Virus record (IMG/VR): IMGVR_UViG_3300031521_000016
Coordinates: 35,895-99,894 of that record
Source: a virus
Taxonomy: Duplodnaviria; Heunggongvirae; Uroviricota; Caudoviricetes
Reading direction: 5' to 3' (one strand)
Length of the DNA: 64,000 bases
Position numbers and translations under genes: made by a program. This document shows positions 7,715 to 16,588 of this stretch, piece by piece (position 1 is the stretch's first letter; each line of letters begins with the position of its first letter). The notes beneath the pieces are model-generated. The model was given only the letters and a program-made list of their open reading frames with translations, did no database searches and had not been told where the DNA came from.

Positions 7715-9340
7715 TTATTTCTCTGTTATTGTTGCATATATTGCAGTACCAAAAGGTACATCAAAAGAAGGATTATTGATTACTAACCAAATAAATTTAG
7801 AAGACATTTTCGATAATTCAGGTACCAAATCTTTGTTCATAGCATGCTCATCACCGTCAGTAATAAATACACCCATTTCCATTTTGCCTGATTTCCATTC
7901 TTCTAACATCTTCATTAGAGGAAGATCGTAGTTTGTTCCACCACCCGGTTCTAATCTAAAGTCAAATACAGGAGGTTGATTCAACATATCGTCATGGTAG
8001 ATTGAGTGATCAAATAGAATCAAGTGAGTCTTTTTGATTTTCTTAGCCATGATAATACCATTAACTTCACCTAGAACATGTTTAAGTCTATCATGTCCCA
8101 TAGAACCTGATGTATCAACAGCAATCATTGCTTTACCTAAGTGTTTAGGTACACCTTTCTTTCTGTCATAAACATAAAGTCCACGTGAGATATGTTTTCT
8201 TTTACCGAGAAATTCTTTTTCTTCAGATGCTATTCTACCTACGAATCTACGTAATTCAGATTTCCAGTCTATTAAAGGACGTGTCAATCTTGCTACACCT
8301 TTTGCTAATAGATTTTTTTCACCAGACATAGTTACTCTAGTTGATACTGCTCTTACTTGATCGGTTAATTTTTGTACAGTTTCATTATTTGGAATATCTA
8401 CTCCTACTCCTAATTCTCTCTGTATCTGTCTACTCAATTCAACAGTTATAGTTCCACCTATACCTTGATCTTCATAACCGTCTCCTTCGATTCGTTTAGT
8501 TTTACGTTCACCATCAGATCCGGTCTTTGAACCGCCTTTCTGTTCCTTTTCGGGTTTTCCAGCTTCTTTTCCGTCTTTATCTTCACCCGATTTTCCAGAT
8601 TTTCCGTCCTTTCCATCTTCACTGTCTTCTCCGTCACCACTTTCTCCGTCACCTTCACCATCTTCCTTATCGTCATCTTCTTCACCATCATATCCATCTG
8701 AATCATTGTCGTCGTCATCATCAGATTCTCCAGGATCTTGGTCGTCATCTCCAGAGTTCATATCTCCCCAACCCGGAGGTGGCGGTGGTTGTTTGTCAGT
8801 CTTTAAAAGCTTATAGATTTCTTCAGCTGCAAGTCCTACATATTCGTCTTTGTATAACCCTTTTAAACTATTTACTAATTGGTCCTTTGTTAATAAACCT
8901 TCATCAACTAGCATAGGATTTATTTCGTGGTCAGCTGCAACATTCCATTTACGTGGTTTTGCGCTAATATTCTGTCTTCTTACAAAATGTAGCATTACAT
9001 TATGTAAAATTTCATGACATAGTACAAATACAATTTCTTGTAAGCTTAGTTTTTCTGTCCAAGTTGGATTTATAAAGATATTGGCACCGTCTGTTGCCAT
9101 AGTTTTTACATGCTTACTGTTTCCAGGGACATATAAAATTCTAAATGAGTATACAAATTCACCAAAGAATGGATATCTACCGGTGATCATAGTAAGAGCT
9201 TTTAATACTCTATTTTTCACCTGATCCAAAGCAGGATCGTCCTGAGAGGAGTTACCCTCTAGGACTGCCTGATTTGATTTCCATGCTGAAAATCTATTAA
9301 AATCCTCAAAAAGAAGTGTTCTAGTTAATTCTTTTCTCAT
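7715..9340 (-). CDS. VWA-domain protein with N-terminal HExxH metallopeptidase-like domain and poly-acidic linker (CobT/DUF2201-like partner of MoxR)
   Basis: HEILH zinc motif, a D/E-rich linker of more than 100 aa, and the VWA MIDAS-like motif VDTSGSM. Confidence 0.7.
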   Translation of the reverse strand: MRKELTRTLLFEDFNRFSAWKSNQAVLEGNSSQDDPALDQVKNRVLKALTMITGRYPFFGEFVYSFRILYVPGNSKHVKTMATDGANIFINPTWTEKLSLQEIVFVLCHEILHNVMLHFVRRQNISAKPRKWNVAADHEINPMLVDEGLLTKDQLVNSLKGLYKDEYVGLAAEEIYKLLKTDKQPPPPPGWGDMNSGDDDQDPGESDDDDDNDSDGYDGEEDDDKEDGEGDGESGDGEDSEDGKDGKSGKSGEDKDGKEAGKPEKEQKGGSKTGSDGERKTKRIEGDGYEDQGIGGTITVELSRQIQRELGVGVDIPNNETVQKLTDQVRAVSTRVTMSGEKNLLAKGVARLTRPLIDWKSELRRFVGRIASEEKEFLGKRKHISRGLYVYDRKKGVPKHLGKAMIAVDTSGSMGHDRLKHVLGEVNGIIMAKKIKKTHLILFDHSIYHDDMLNQPPVFDFRLEPGGGTNYDLPLMKMLEEWKSGKMEMGVFITDGDEHAMNKDLVPELSKMSSKFIWLVINNPSFDVPFGTAIYATITEK

Positions 9341-9354
9341 TTCAATTTATTTCA

Positions 9355-10920
9355 TTAATCTTCATCATTGAAGACATTAGGATATGCATCTATAAGATCT
9401 GCTTTACATACATCTACCCAGTGATCGTCTTTTCTTAAAGCTGGGAAGATTCCTTGAATCATATTCATAGCTTTAACTGAGTTAGGAGCATCTTTAGTTT
9501 TCAATAACCATTGAATAAAGTTGTCTTGTTCTTTTTCAGTTAAAGAATCTTTATCTCTCACATAGTAGCAAACTGCTGATATAAGAGCATGAACTTCATC
9601 TTGTTTAAGTTTACTCCAAGAAGGTGCTTTAGCAGGATTTGTCCATACAAATTTAATATCTTCTGGATTAAATTTATCCATAAGCTTCACGAAACCGGCG
9701 TATGCATTAGCAGCTGCTGGTCCTACAGTAGCTCTAAGAATTGTAAGCTGAACTTTATCAGATACTGATCCTTCAGTTTTTGCAATTTGTTTGATTTTCT
9801 TAGAAGCCATTTCCCATGATCTAGGAGAAGGCCAAGGAGATGACCCAACAGAACCTTCGAATTCATCTAAGTCAAGTAAGTGGAAATATTCTTTGTTCCA
9901 TTTCAAGAATGCTACCATTCTAGGATCAATTAATAATTCACCGGCATCATTTTGTGCTGTTTTAGCCCATGTTTCCCATTCTTCAAGAGTAGGAGCAAAA
10001 TTGACTTGAATTACACGGTTTGATAGGGCAGTATCCCAGTGGAATAATTCCTTTTTAGCATCGATAAGGTCACTACGTCTATTAGCTAGAGCTATAATAA
10101 CCCATTTTGAACCCAATTTATAATCACCGATTTTACGTTCTCTCATAAGTTTTAGACAAACGTCTTGAACTCTTTCATCACATCTAGCGATCTCATCGAG
10201 AAGCAAAATACCTCCTTTTTCACCATTTACTGTCTTTTCTAGTTCTGGTTTTGATAGAGGATATACAGGAAGCATACCGTGTGGCAAAGAAATGTATTCA
10301 ATATCTTCTTTACTATTTCCTACTGTAGCAGGTAAACTGAAATCTTCAGGTCCCATGTTCATTAATGGAAAGTCAAGAATTCTTCTTTGTTTTTCTGCAT
10401 CTACTCCATAAAATTCTTGTGCTAAGGCATAGATAAGAGCAGTTTTACCGATACCTGGAGCTCCCCACATTAGAATTGGATCAGCTTCACCACCAGTTCT
10501 AATAGCTGAACGTAATAGGATTCCCAATGTTTCTCCATCAACATTTTCAATTTTGTCTGTTACCGGAAGCTTTAAATCTATCACATTTTTTTCATCTAGA
10601 GCTGTAACACTTTCGTAAAGAAATGCATTTCTTTTTCCGTTACCACCAGAAAATTCTGTTGGTTTAGATGGCATAGGTGGTATAGAAATAGCTAACCCAA
10701 GTGCTTTAGCTTCTTCGATATCAGCTTTTGTAGGATAGATTACTAATCCTTTAGGTTTTTTAGCCGATTTAACGAAATTGAAAAACCAAGAACCCGATCC
10801 TTTGAAAAAATTACCTACTTTTTCAATAGCATTTTTTATTGTGTCCTTAACTCCTTCGTTTGTGAACTGTGACGAGTCGTAATTTTCGTTGACAAAATCG
10901 TCAAACTTTTTAAATCTCAT
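9355..10920 (-). CDS. MoxR-like AAA+ ATPase (CobS-like)
   Basis: Walker A GAPGIGKT and Walker B LLLDEIARCDERVQDVCLKLM, typical of MoxR/CobS. Confidence 0.75.
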   Translation of the reverse strand: MRFKKFDDFVNENYDSSQFTNEGVKDTIKNAIEKVGNFFKGSGSWFFNFVKSAKKPKGLVIYPTKADIEEAKALGLAISIPPMPSKPTEFSGGNGKRNAFLYESVTALDEKNVIDLKLPVTDKIENVDGETLGILLRSAIRTGGEADPILMWGAPGIGKTALIYALAQEFYGVDAEKQRRILDFPLMNMGPEDFSLPATVGNSKEDIEYISLPHGMLPVYPLSKPELEKTVNGEKGGILLLDEIARCDERVQDVCLKLMRERKIGDYKLGSKWVIIALANRRSDLIDAKKELFHWDTALSNRVIQVNFAPTLEEWETWAKTAQNDAGELLIDPRMVAFLKWNKEYFHLLDLDEFEGSVGSSPWPSPRSWEMASKKIKQIAKTEGSVSDKVQLTILRATVGPAAANAYAGFVKLMDKFNPEDIKFVWTNPAKAPSWSKLKQDEVHALISAVCYYVRDKDSLTEKEQDNFIQWLLKTKDAPNSVKAMNMIQGIFPALRKDDHWVDVCKADLIDAYPNVFNDED

Positions 10921-10964
10921 AAAGTATGTTATTTTTTATTTTGGTATATATTCAGTGGTGCACG

Positions 10965-11000
10965 TAAAAAATAAAAAGGGAGGAGCTTTAAAGCTCCTCC
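10965..11000 (-). terminator. rho-independent terminator (stem GGAGGAGCTTT/AAAGCTCCTCC plus T-run)
   Basis: 11-bp perfect stem; on the minus strand it is followed by TTTTTATTTTTT. Confidence 0.6.
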
Positions 11001-11004
11001 TATC

Positions 11005-11208
11005 TTATTTCTTTTTCTTTTTGTCCTTCACCTTTTCTTTGGGAAGTTCTTCTGTACCACCTATTTCTTCTATAATAGGATTACGTACTTTAGTTTTCCA
11101 TTCCGATTTTGGACAGAAAATCCATCTTGATGTTTCAACTTTAATGTAAGCTTCTGCATCTTTAACTCTCTCAATTCTTTGTGTCGATATCTCCTTTACT
11201 GTTTTCAT
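11005..11208 (-). CDS. hypothetical small basic protein
   Basis: Track ORF followed by a strong hairpin terminator. Confidence 0.4.
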   Translation of the reverse strand: MKTVKEISTQRIERVKDAEAYIKVETSRWIFCPKSEWKTKVRNPIIEEIGGTEELPKEKVKDKKKKK

Positions 11209-11827
11209 CTGGTACTATTGTTTTTCGTTTACGTTTTTTAGCTTTCTTTAAATTCTCTGGTGATAGAAGAGGGGCTCCAATGACTTCATCAATAATATTG
11301 AACTCAGCAGCTGTCACAGGATCCATGTACCAATCAGACTTTGTCCTTTTGTATACTTCCAAATCTTTTTTCGTTAATTTTGTACGTGAAAAGAGTATGT
11401 TTTCACATACTTTAGTCAATCTTTCTCCTTCTTCTATGGATAGTTTTAATCCTTCTAATGAATCCTGCACTCCCATTGCTATTTCATGATACATGATAGT
11501 AGATAAATGGTGAGCTCGTCTCATATGTCCTGATGCTAGGATAAATAGCCCCATGCTCATAGCAGAGCCTAGACATGTTACACATACCGGTGTAGCAGAT
11601 AGTTCTATGGCGCCAATTAAAGCTAGTCCGTCATATACACTTCCACCATACGTATTTAAAAGTATGTGGATAGATGGCCGCTGATATCCATTATAGCTCA
11701 TCTCTTTTTCTTCATCATCTAAGTTAATCTCATAGATTGCCTTTATAATGTCTTCTACTGATAAAGATGTAATAGTTTTACCGAGTATAAAGATTCTTTC
11801 TTTTGGTTTAAAGTCTAGTGTGGCCAA
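11171..11827 (-). CDS. ClpP-family serine protease
   Basis: INTYGGSVYDGLALIGAIE...CLGSAMSMG matches the ClpP GxSxG serine motif, and a His lies downstream. Confidence 0.7.
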   Translation of the reverse strand: MATLDFKPKERIFILGKTITSLSVEDIIKAIYEINLDDEEKEMSYNGYQRPSIHILLNTYGGSVYDGLALIGAIELSATPVCVTCLGSAMSMGLFILASGHMRRAHHLSTIMYHEIAMGVQDSLEGLKLSIEEGERLTKVCENILFSRTKLTKKDLEVYKRTKSDWYMDPVTAAEFNIIDEVIGAPLLSPENLKKAKKRKRKTIVPDENSKGDIDTKN

Positions 11828-11846
11828 GTTTTTTAATTTTGATAGT

Positions 11847-12071
11847 TTATAAAATTTTTCGTATAATAAAAGTCATACTTGCCGATATCAATATTGCGAT
11901 AGGCACATATATGATTGATAATATTATACTAAGTGTTGTTTTAAAAGATGTTGCTAGGTATAAATTCTGTAAATCTACAGACTTACAGAGTGCTGTAATT
12001 AATGTTCGTTCTAAAATAGAAAATAGAATGAAGATAATAAGGAAAATCAGAATAGTTAATATTTTTTTCAT
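11847..12071 (-). CDS. small membrane protein
   Basis: Two hydrophobic helices. Chosen over the overlapping plus-strand ORF because of strand consistency. Confidence 0.4.
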   Translation of the reverse strand: MKKILTILIFLIIFILFSILERTLITALCKSVDLQNLYLATSFKTTLSIILSIIYVPIAILISASMTFIIRKIL

Positions 12072-12352
12072 TTGAAAGATATATTTTTTGAATCATGGGC
12101 GGCTTTCATGAAAATCTTTATAGCTTTTTCGTATGGAAGAAACTCTTCATTTTTCGTAAATTCAGTGATTCCAATATTTTTGCTTCTACATTCTTTCCAT
12201 GTCATACGATATTGTACTTCTAATCTCGAATATGCTTTTGCAGATTTTGTTTTTCTAAACTTTGTCACGATTACAGATCTGCTTTGAAATTCAAAAACTT
12301 TATCATTTATATCTATTGACAATATGGTTGAGTAATTATTCGTGGTTTTCAT
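12068..12352 (-). CDS. hypothetical protein
   Basis: The track ORF extends to 12412, into a palindrome. The internal ATG at 12352 (MKTTNNY) is the more plausible start. Confidence 0.4.
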   Translation of the reverse strand: MKTTNNYSTILSIDINDKVFEFQSRSVIVTKFRKTKSAKAYSRLEVQYRMTWKECRSKNIGITEFTKNEEFLPYEKAIKIFMKAAHDSKNISFK

Positions 12353-12400
12353 ATTGTTTTTAGAGTATTGTGTACAAAGTTCTTTATCTAGTTTACACAC

Positions 12401-12430
12401 AAATAACGACAAAACGTTTTGTCGTTATTT
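12401..12430. terminator. 30-nt perfect palindrome AAATAACGACAAAACG|CGTTTTGTCGTTATTT, possible bidirectional terminator
   Basis: Perfect inverted repeat flanked by T-runs on both strands. Confidence 0.45.
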
Positions 12431-12440
12431 GTTTTTTATT

Positions 12441-12899
12441 TTACGATAATAGATGGAATATGTCAGTATCAGTTTTTACTGTGTCAATATATGTACGCGG
12501 AGTCCGTGGTGTATTATAATCATAGCCGATTGGAGAAAGCATATATTTATATTCGATATTTTTATACAGAATCTTAACGTATAAGCTTGAATTGTTATAA
12601 TTCCAGACTTCGATTGAACATTTCACATCACGTGTGTCTTTACATGAAAATTTAAAGACTTTACAGTCTTTATTAGTTTGAACCTCTACAGAATCATAAG
12701 TATAGCTCTGTAAAAATCTAGAAAAAATGAAGATTTTTTTGTCTTCATAATTGAACATTAAATCGAGATTTGAATCTTCCCAATCTGACCATTTTTGTTC
12801 CGGAACTCTTACACTAAATGCTTCTGATTTATACCATACTTTATTTTGTGCTGTTAAAAAGATAGGGATAAAAAGTAAAATTGTTAGAATTTTTCTCAT
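12441..12899 (-). CDS. secreted protein
   Basis: Signal peptide MRKILTILLFIPIFLTAQ. Confidence 0.5.
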   Translation of the reverse strand: MRKILTILLFIPIFLTAQNKVWYKSEAFSVRVPEQKWSDWEDSNLDLMFNYEDKKIFIFSRFLQSYTYDSVEVQTNKDCKVFKFSCKDTRDVKCSIEVWNYNNSSLYVKILYKNIEYKYMLSPIGYDYNTPRTPRTYIDTVKTDTDIFHLLS

Positions 12900-12903
12900 G
12901 TCT

Positions 12904-13401
12904 TTATTTTTCTAATTGTTCTTCGATATAATTTGCAATTATGATAACATCTTCATCTCGCAGCGGCCAAAATTCTTTACCATTTACTTCTACTGCAAAG
13001 TCACCATCTGTTGGATCGATATGAACATTTGTTAATGTATTTACAGGATTATGTTTTGATGCAGAATAATCATCGATGCTTTTCAATAATCGACTATATG
13101 ACGAATCATCACTTTCTCTTGTAGACGGTTCATGCTTGAAGAATGAAATGACATCTTCATTCGTGTCGACCAAATCAATAGAAAGATCACTCCAGTCAGT
13201 TACTTTTTCCCAGTTTTCTACGATGAATATTTTGGCACATATTGCTATGAACTCCATATGTGCAAGATGATCATTGTATGATTCTAAAAAGTTAAAATCT
13301 ACATGTGAATGTGAAGCTTTAATGTGCTTAGACATATCTTCTAATGAAGAAAAACACGGTCTTACTATATGGCCATGTATTAACAATCCATTTCTGTTCA
13401 T
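12904..13401 (-). CDS. hypothetical protein
   Basis: Track ORF. Confidence 0.5.
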   Translation of the reverse strand: MNRNGLLIHGHIVRPCFSSLEDMSKHIKASHSHVDFNFLESYNDHLAHMEFIAICAKIFIVENWEKVTDWSDLSIDLVDTNEDVISFFKHEPSTRESDDSSYSRLLKSIDDYSASKHNPVNTLTNVHIDPTDGDFAVEVNGKEFWPLRDEDVIIIANYIEEQLEK

Positions 13402-14084
13402 TTGTACTTAGTTAGTTTTTCGTCCAGAATTTTTACACCTTCTGTTGCAGTTTGTTGAATAAAGATTCTGTTTCTTTCTCTTACAGGTTCATTGTTCGGA
13501 TCAATAATATAGATTGGAATATCGTCGTATACCAAATCCACTAATCCAGCTGCTGGATATACTTGTAATGATGTTCCAATGACTACTACGATATCTGCTC
13601 GTTCGATAAGTTCGGCTGCTTCGTCCATATTCGGTACACTTTCACCGAACCAAACAATATGTGGTCTTAATGCTGATCCATCGGCTGCTATAGAGCTAGT
13701 TTCGATTTTGAAATCGGCTGGCCAATCTACTATCTTTTTATCACCACATGATTTCATTTTAGTTAACTCACCATGTAAATGTAATACTTTCGTAGAACCG
13801 GCTCTTTCATGTAAATCGTCCACATTTTGTGTTATGATTTGTACATCAAATTCTTTTTCAAGATCTGCCAGATATTTATGGGCAGCATTAGGTTCGACAG
13901 TAGATAATTGTGCTCTTCGTTTATTATAGAATTCTAACATTTGAGCTCGATTCTTTTGCCAGCCAGTTACAGTAGCAACATCTGAAATGTTATATTCTTC
14001 CCATAGACCGTCAGAATCTCGAAAAGTTTTTATTCCACTTTCGGCGCTTATACCAGCACCAGTAAATACGATAAGTTTTTTCAT
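13398..14084 (-). CDS. Sir2-family NAD-dependent deacylase (sirtuin)
   Basis: GAGISAESGIKTFRD, QNVDDLHERAG and HGEL match the sirtuin Rossmann/NAD-binding motifs. Confidence 0.8.
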   Translation of the reverse strand: MKKLIVFTGAGISAESGIKTFRDSDGLWEEYNISDVATVTGWQKNRAQMLEFYNKRRAQLSTVEPNAAHKYLADLEKEFDVQIITQNVDDLHERAGSTKVLHLHGELTKMKSCGDKKIVDWPADFKIETSSIAADGSALRPHIVWFGESVPNMDEAAELIERADIVVVIGTSLQVYPAAGLVDLVYDDIPIYIIDPNNEPVRERNRIFIQQTATEGVKILDEKLTKYK

Positions 14085-14103
14085 TTGTTTTTATTTATGA
14101 TAC

Positions 14104-14113
14104 AAAAATAACA
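14104..14113 (-). promoter_or_regulatory. TGTTATTTTT variant
   Basis: 20 nt upstream of the Sir2 start; TATTTTTG also fits a TAnnTTTG-type -7 box. Confidence 0.3.
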
Positions 14114-14119
14114 CAATTT

Positions 14120-14407
14120 TCATTTAGTGGGAAACGCTAGTTCTTTCTTATGTCTCATATCTTTCTTAGGCTCATACCCAATATAAATAAAATTACCTGA
14201 ATAGAACTGTCTATTCTCATATATTACGTATGAGAACTTATGTTCTCCATGGCATATGAGATTGAATTCAGTATCAGTAACTCTATCTCTATTGAAAGAT
14301 GACATACTACAATTACGCATAGAATCTGGATATACTGATGTTATCTCATATTTCCCATCGAATGTAAAAATATGTCCATGCAAATCTTCTACTTTAGATT
14401 TGAACAT
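14120..14407 (-). CDS. hypothetical protein
   Basis: Track ORF. Confidence 0.45.
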   Translation of the reverse strand: MFKSKVEDLHGHIFTFDGKYEITSVYPDSMRNCSMSSFNRDRVTDTEFNLICHGEHKFSYVIYENRQFYSGNFIYIGYEPKKDMRHKKELAFPTK

Positions 14408-14886
14408 TATGCTAATCTGAATTTTCGCGTAAAGTTACGCAGAAATAAGATTTTTTCCAATTCTTCTTCAGAATCTACATTGAACTGTTTTACCCATTCT
14501 TTATAGGGTTCATCTTCAGTGATATAGTCTGTTTCGACAAAATCAGGATAAGCTTCTTTATCCCATACTCTTTCATCTGCTAACCACACGATACCGGTCA
14601 TTTGATTACCCAAGTCAGGCTCATGGAATACAGCATGTTTTATATTTGCAGCTTCTAAAGCATACGCATGCATATTCATAGTTCCCTTAGAAGCAATAGA
14701 ATCATTAGTAGTACCACCATTTAAGATAATAAATGTTTTATCTACATATGCCCATTTGATGCAATCATCCTGTGGCAAAAAAATGTTCATGTATTCTACA
14801 ACAGCATGTCCAAATTGTATTCCTTTTTGTATTCCACTCAATTGATAAGGTACTAGCCCCATCATTCTATATGTGTATTTTTTCAT
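14407..14886 (-). CDS. hypothetical protein (weak PTH2-like peptidyl-tRNA hydrolase resemblance)
   Basis: GIQKGIQFGHAVV...TFIILNG...GNQMTGIVW is loosely similar to the PTH2 core; weak support. Confidence 0.4.
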   Translation of the reverse strand: MKKYTYRMMGLVPYQLSGIQKGIQFGHAVVEYMNIFLPQDDCIKWAYVDKTFIILNGGTTNDSIASKGTMNMHAYALEAANIKHAVFHEPDLGNQMTGIVWLADERVWDKEAYPDFVETDYITEDEPYKEWVKQFNVDSEEELEKILFLRNFTRKFRLA

Positions 14887-15266
14887 AAAAATATTGTTGT
14901 TTGTATTAATTCATTTAAGTCATGTTTATCTTCTATGACATCTACTTTTTTAGTTTGCTCAAGAACATCGACAACTTCTTGTTCACTGATTACTTCATGA
15001 TACTCACCACTAAACGGTATAGATTCATCTAAAACATATTCATATTCATTTTTTAGATGTTTGAATAATGGTACTCTTTTATGTGTAGTTTCACAGTATG
15101 GACATTCATCATCTATTAATGAGATAATGAGAGAGTCTTTTTTGTAGTAAATCTTCATTTGAACATTACGAATATCGGCTAATAATTCCTTTTCGTGTAA
15201 TTCAAATCCTATACATGTCAATAATAAGCTAGTAACTTTATCGTCAAGATTAAGATTCAGGATCAT
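14883..15266 (-). CDS. hypothetical protein
   Basis: Track ORF. Confidence 0.45.
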   Translation of the reverse strand: MILNLNLDDKVTSLLLTCIGFELHEKELLADIRNVQMKIYYKKDSLIISLIDDECPYCETTHKRVPLFKHLKNEYEYVLDESIPFSGEYHEVISEQEVVDVLEQTKKVDVIEDKHDLNELIQTTIFL

Positions 15267-15795
15267 ATTCGATAAAGGGCTCTGAGTTTGTTATTATCTG
15301 TTTGTATCTATTAAATTCGCACATGGTCAAGTGTATGTTTTCACCACCTCCATAGTTCATACTGTGAACATAGTGTGCTGGAATATCGAGATCATGTTTT
15401 ACACAAAAATCTCTTAACCATTCTGCACATGCTTTACCAGTCTTTTCGACAAATTCTCCATCTGGATCTGCTCCATAATGTTCAAAACTTAAATCGTGGT
15501 CAAAAGAAATCAGCCAAAGAAACTTTTTCTGTTCGAAGAGTTCTGTTATCTTTTGTACAAATTCTGTATACGATCTTACTATTACCCAGTCTGTTTCAGA
15601 ATAGATAACTTTATTCATCGGCATATGCGGCATGTGATAATACATACACTCTCTAGGATGCCGCATATCGTCCAGAAACAATTTATATACTAAGATATCT
15701 CTTTCCATAATAGTTGTAAAGTTTCTTTTTCTGATTCCCAAACTTCTCGAGGTAATCCTGCTCTTGTTCCCTTTTCGAATATTACGCCTGGACAT
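15250..15795 (-). CDS. hypothetical protein
   Basis: Track ORF. Confidence 0.45.
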   Translation of the reverse strand: MSRRNIRKGNKSRITSRSLGIRKRNFTTIMERDILVYKLFLDDMRHPRECMYYHMPHMPMNKVIYSETDWVIVRSYTEFVQKITELFEQKKFLWLISFDHDLSFEHYGADPDGEFVEKTGKACAEWLRDFCVKHDLDIPAHYVHSMNYGGGENIHLTMCEFNRYKQIITNSEPFIEYDPES

Positions 15796-15849
15796 ATTTC
15801 ATACGTCTCTTCGATGTATTCTAGTTCTACCCAATCGGTACGTGGTACT

Positions 15850-16338
15850 TTATTGTCGTTTTCCATCTTCAATGATCAAATAGTTTAGAACAGCTGTCCA
15901 ATCGGGAAATTCTCCTGAACCGAAATGAATATGTTCACCAGTAAAGTCTAATACACCATTAGCATCCCTATCATCAATGATATAGTCTCCTTTTAGCAAG
16001 CCTTTATTATGTGAAAGAATAAGTTTTTTCTTTGCATCGATACCGAATAATACTTCTACACTCTTTCGTTTTTCTCCCCACGCGTCTGGATTACTCCAAG
16101 GTGGTGTACTTAAAATGTAAACTTCATATTTTTCTTGTAAAGCTTTAAATGCTTCTTGTGCACCTTCAATCGGTTCAAGATTCTTATATGCTTCAGGATG
16201 TTGAAATAGCTTATGTTGTTTGATACCTAGTGATGCTAATTCACCTACTCTCTTATCGAAGTCTACTAACACACCATCCATATCGATGTATACAATAGGT
16301 TTGTCAATTTGAATATGTGATCTTAAATAACTACTCAT
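15850..16338 (-). CDS. 5'(3')-deoxyribonucleotidase, HAD family (NT5C-like)
   Basis: HAD motif I VYIDMDGVLVDF and downstream GDYIIDDR. Confidence 0.75.
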   Translation of the reverse strand: MSSYLRSHIQIDKPIVYIDMDGVLVDFDKRVGELASLGIKQHKLFQHPEAYKNLEPIEGAQEAFKALQEKYEVYILSTPPWSNPDAWGEKRKSVEVLFGIDAKKKLILSHNKGLLKGDYIIDDRDANGVLDFTGEHIHFGSGEFPDWTAVLNYLIIEDGKRQ

Positions 16339-16342
16339 TCCT

Positions 16343-16588
16343 TTAGAATATTTTTATTAAAGATTTACGAGCTGATTCTATCATGACAATAGCATCATAC
16401 AGATCTTTGTCAGGATTCATCTCGTAAATTTTATTTGAATTGATAACTAGTTCCTCGCAGAACTTATTCAGTTGTTTCTTTAGCAGAGCACGATCTTCTG
16501 CCGATAATTTTTCTTTTTCTTCTGTTATAGAAACTGATTTCTTACTCCAGTTTGCACTCCACGTAATGTTGTTAGGGGTCTGTCTCAT
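16343..16588 (-). CDS. hypothetical protein
   Basis: Track ORF. Confidence 0.4.
   Translation of the reverse strand: MRQTPNNITWSANWSKKSVSITEEKEKLSAEDRALLKKQLNKFCEELVINSNKIYEMNPDKDLYDAIVMIESARKSLIKIF

Noticed and set aside
8458-8916. ORFs 8458-8748 (-) and 8527-8916 (+) inside the VWA gene
   Set aside because: Both are alternative-frame or antisense readings of the poly-D/E coding repeat (K/E/H-rich artefacts). The in-frame VWA/metallopeptidase ORF explains the region.
11818-12075. Plus-strand ORF 11818-12075
   Set aside because: It overlaps an equally long minus-strand ORF encoding a two-TM membrane protein that fits the unidirectional gene organisation. The plus ORF is likely spurious.
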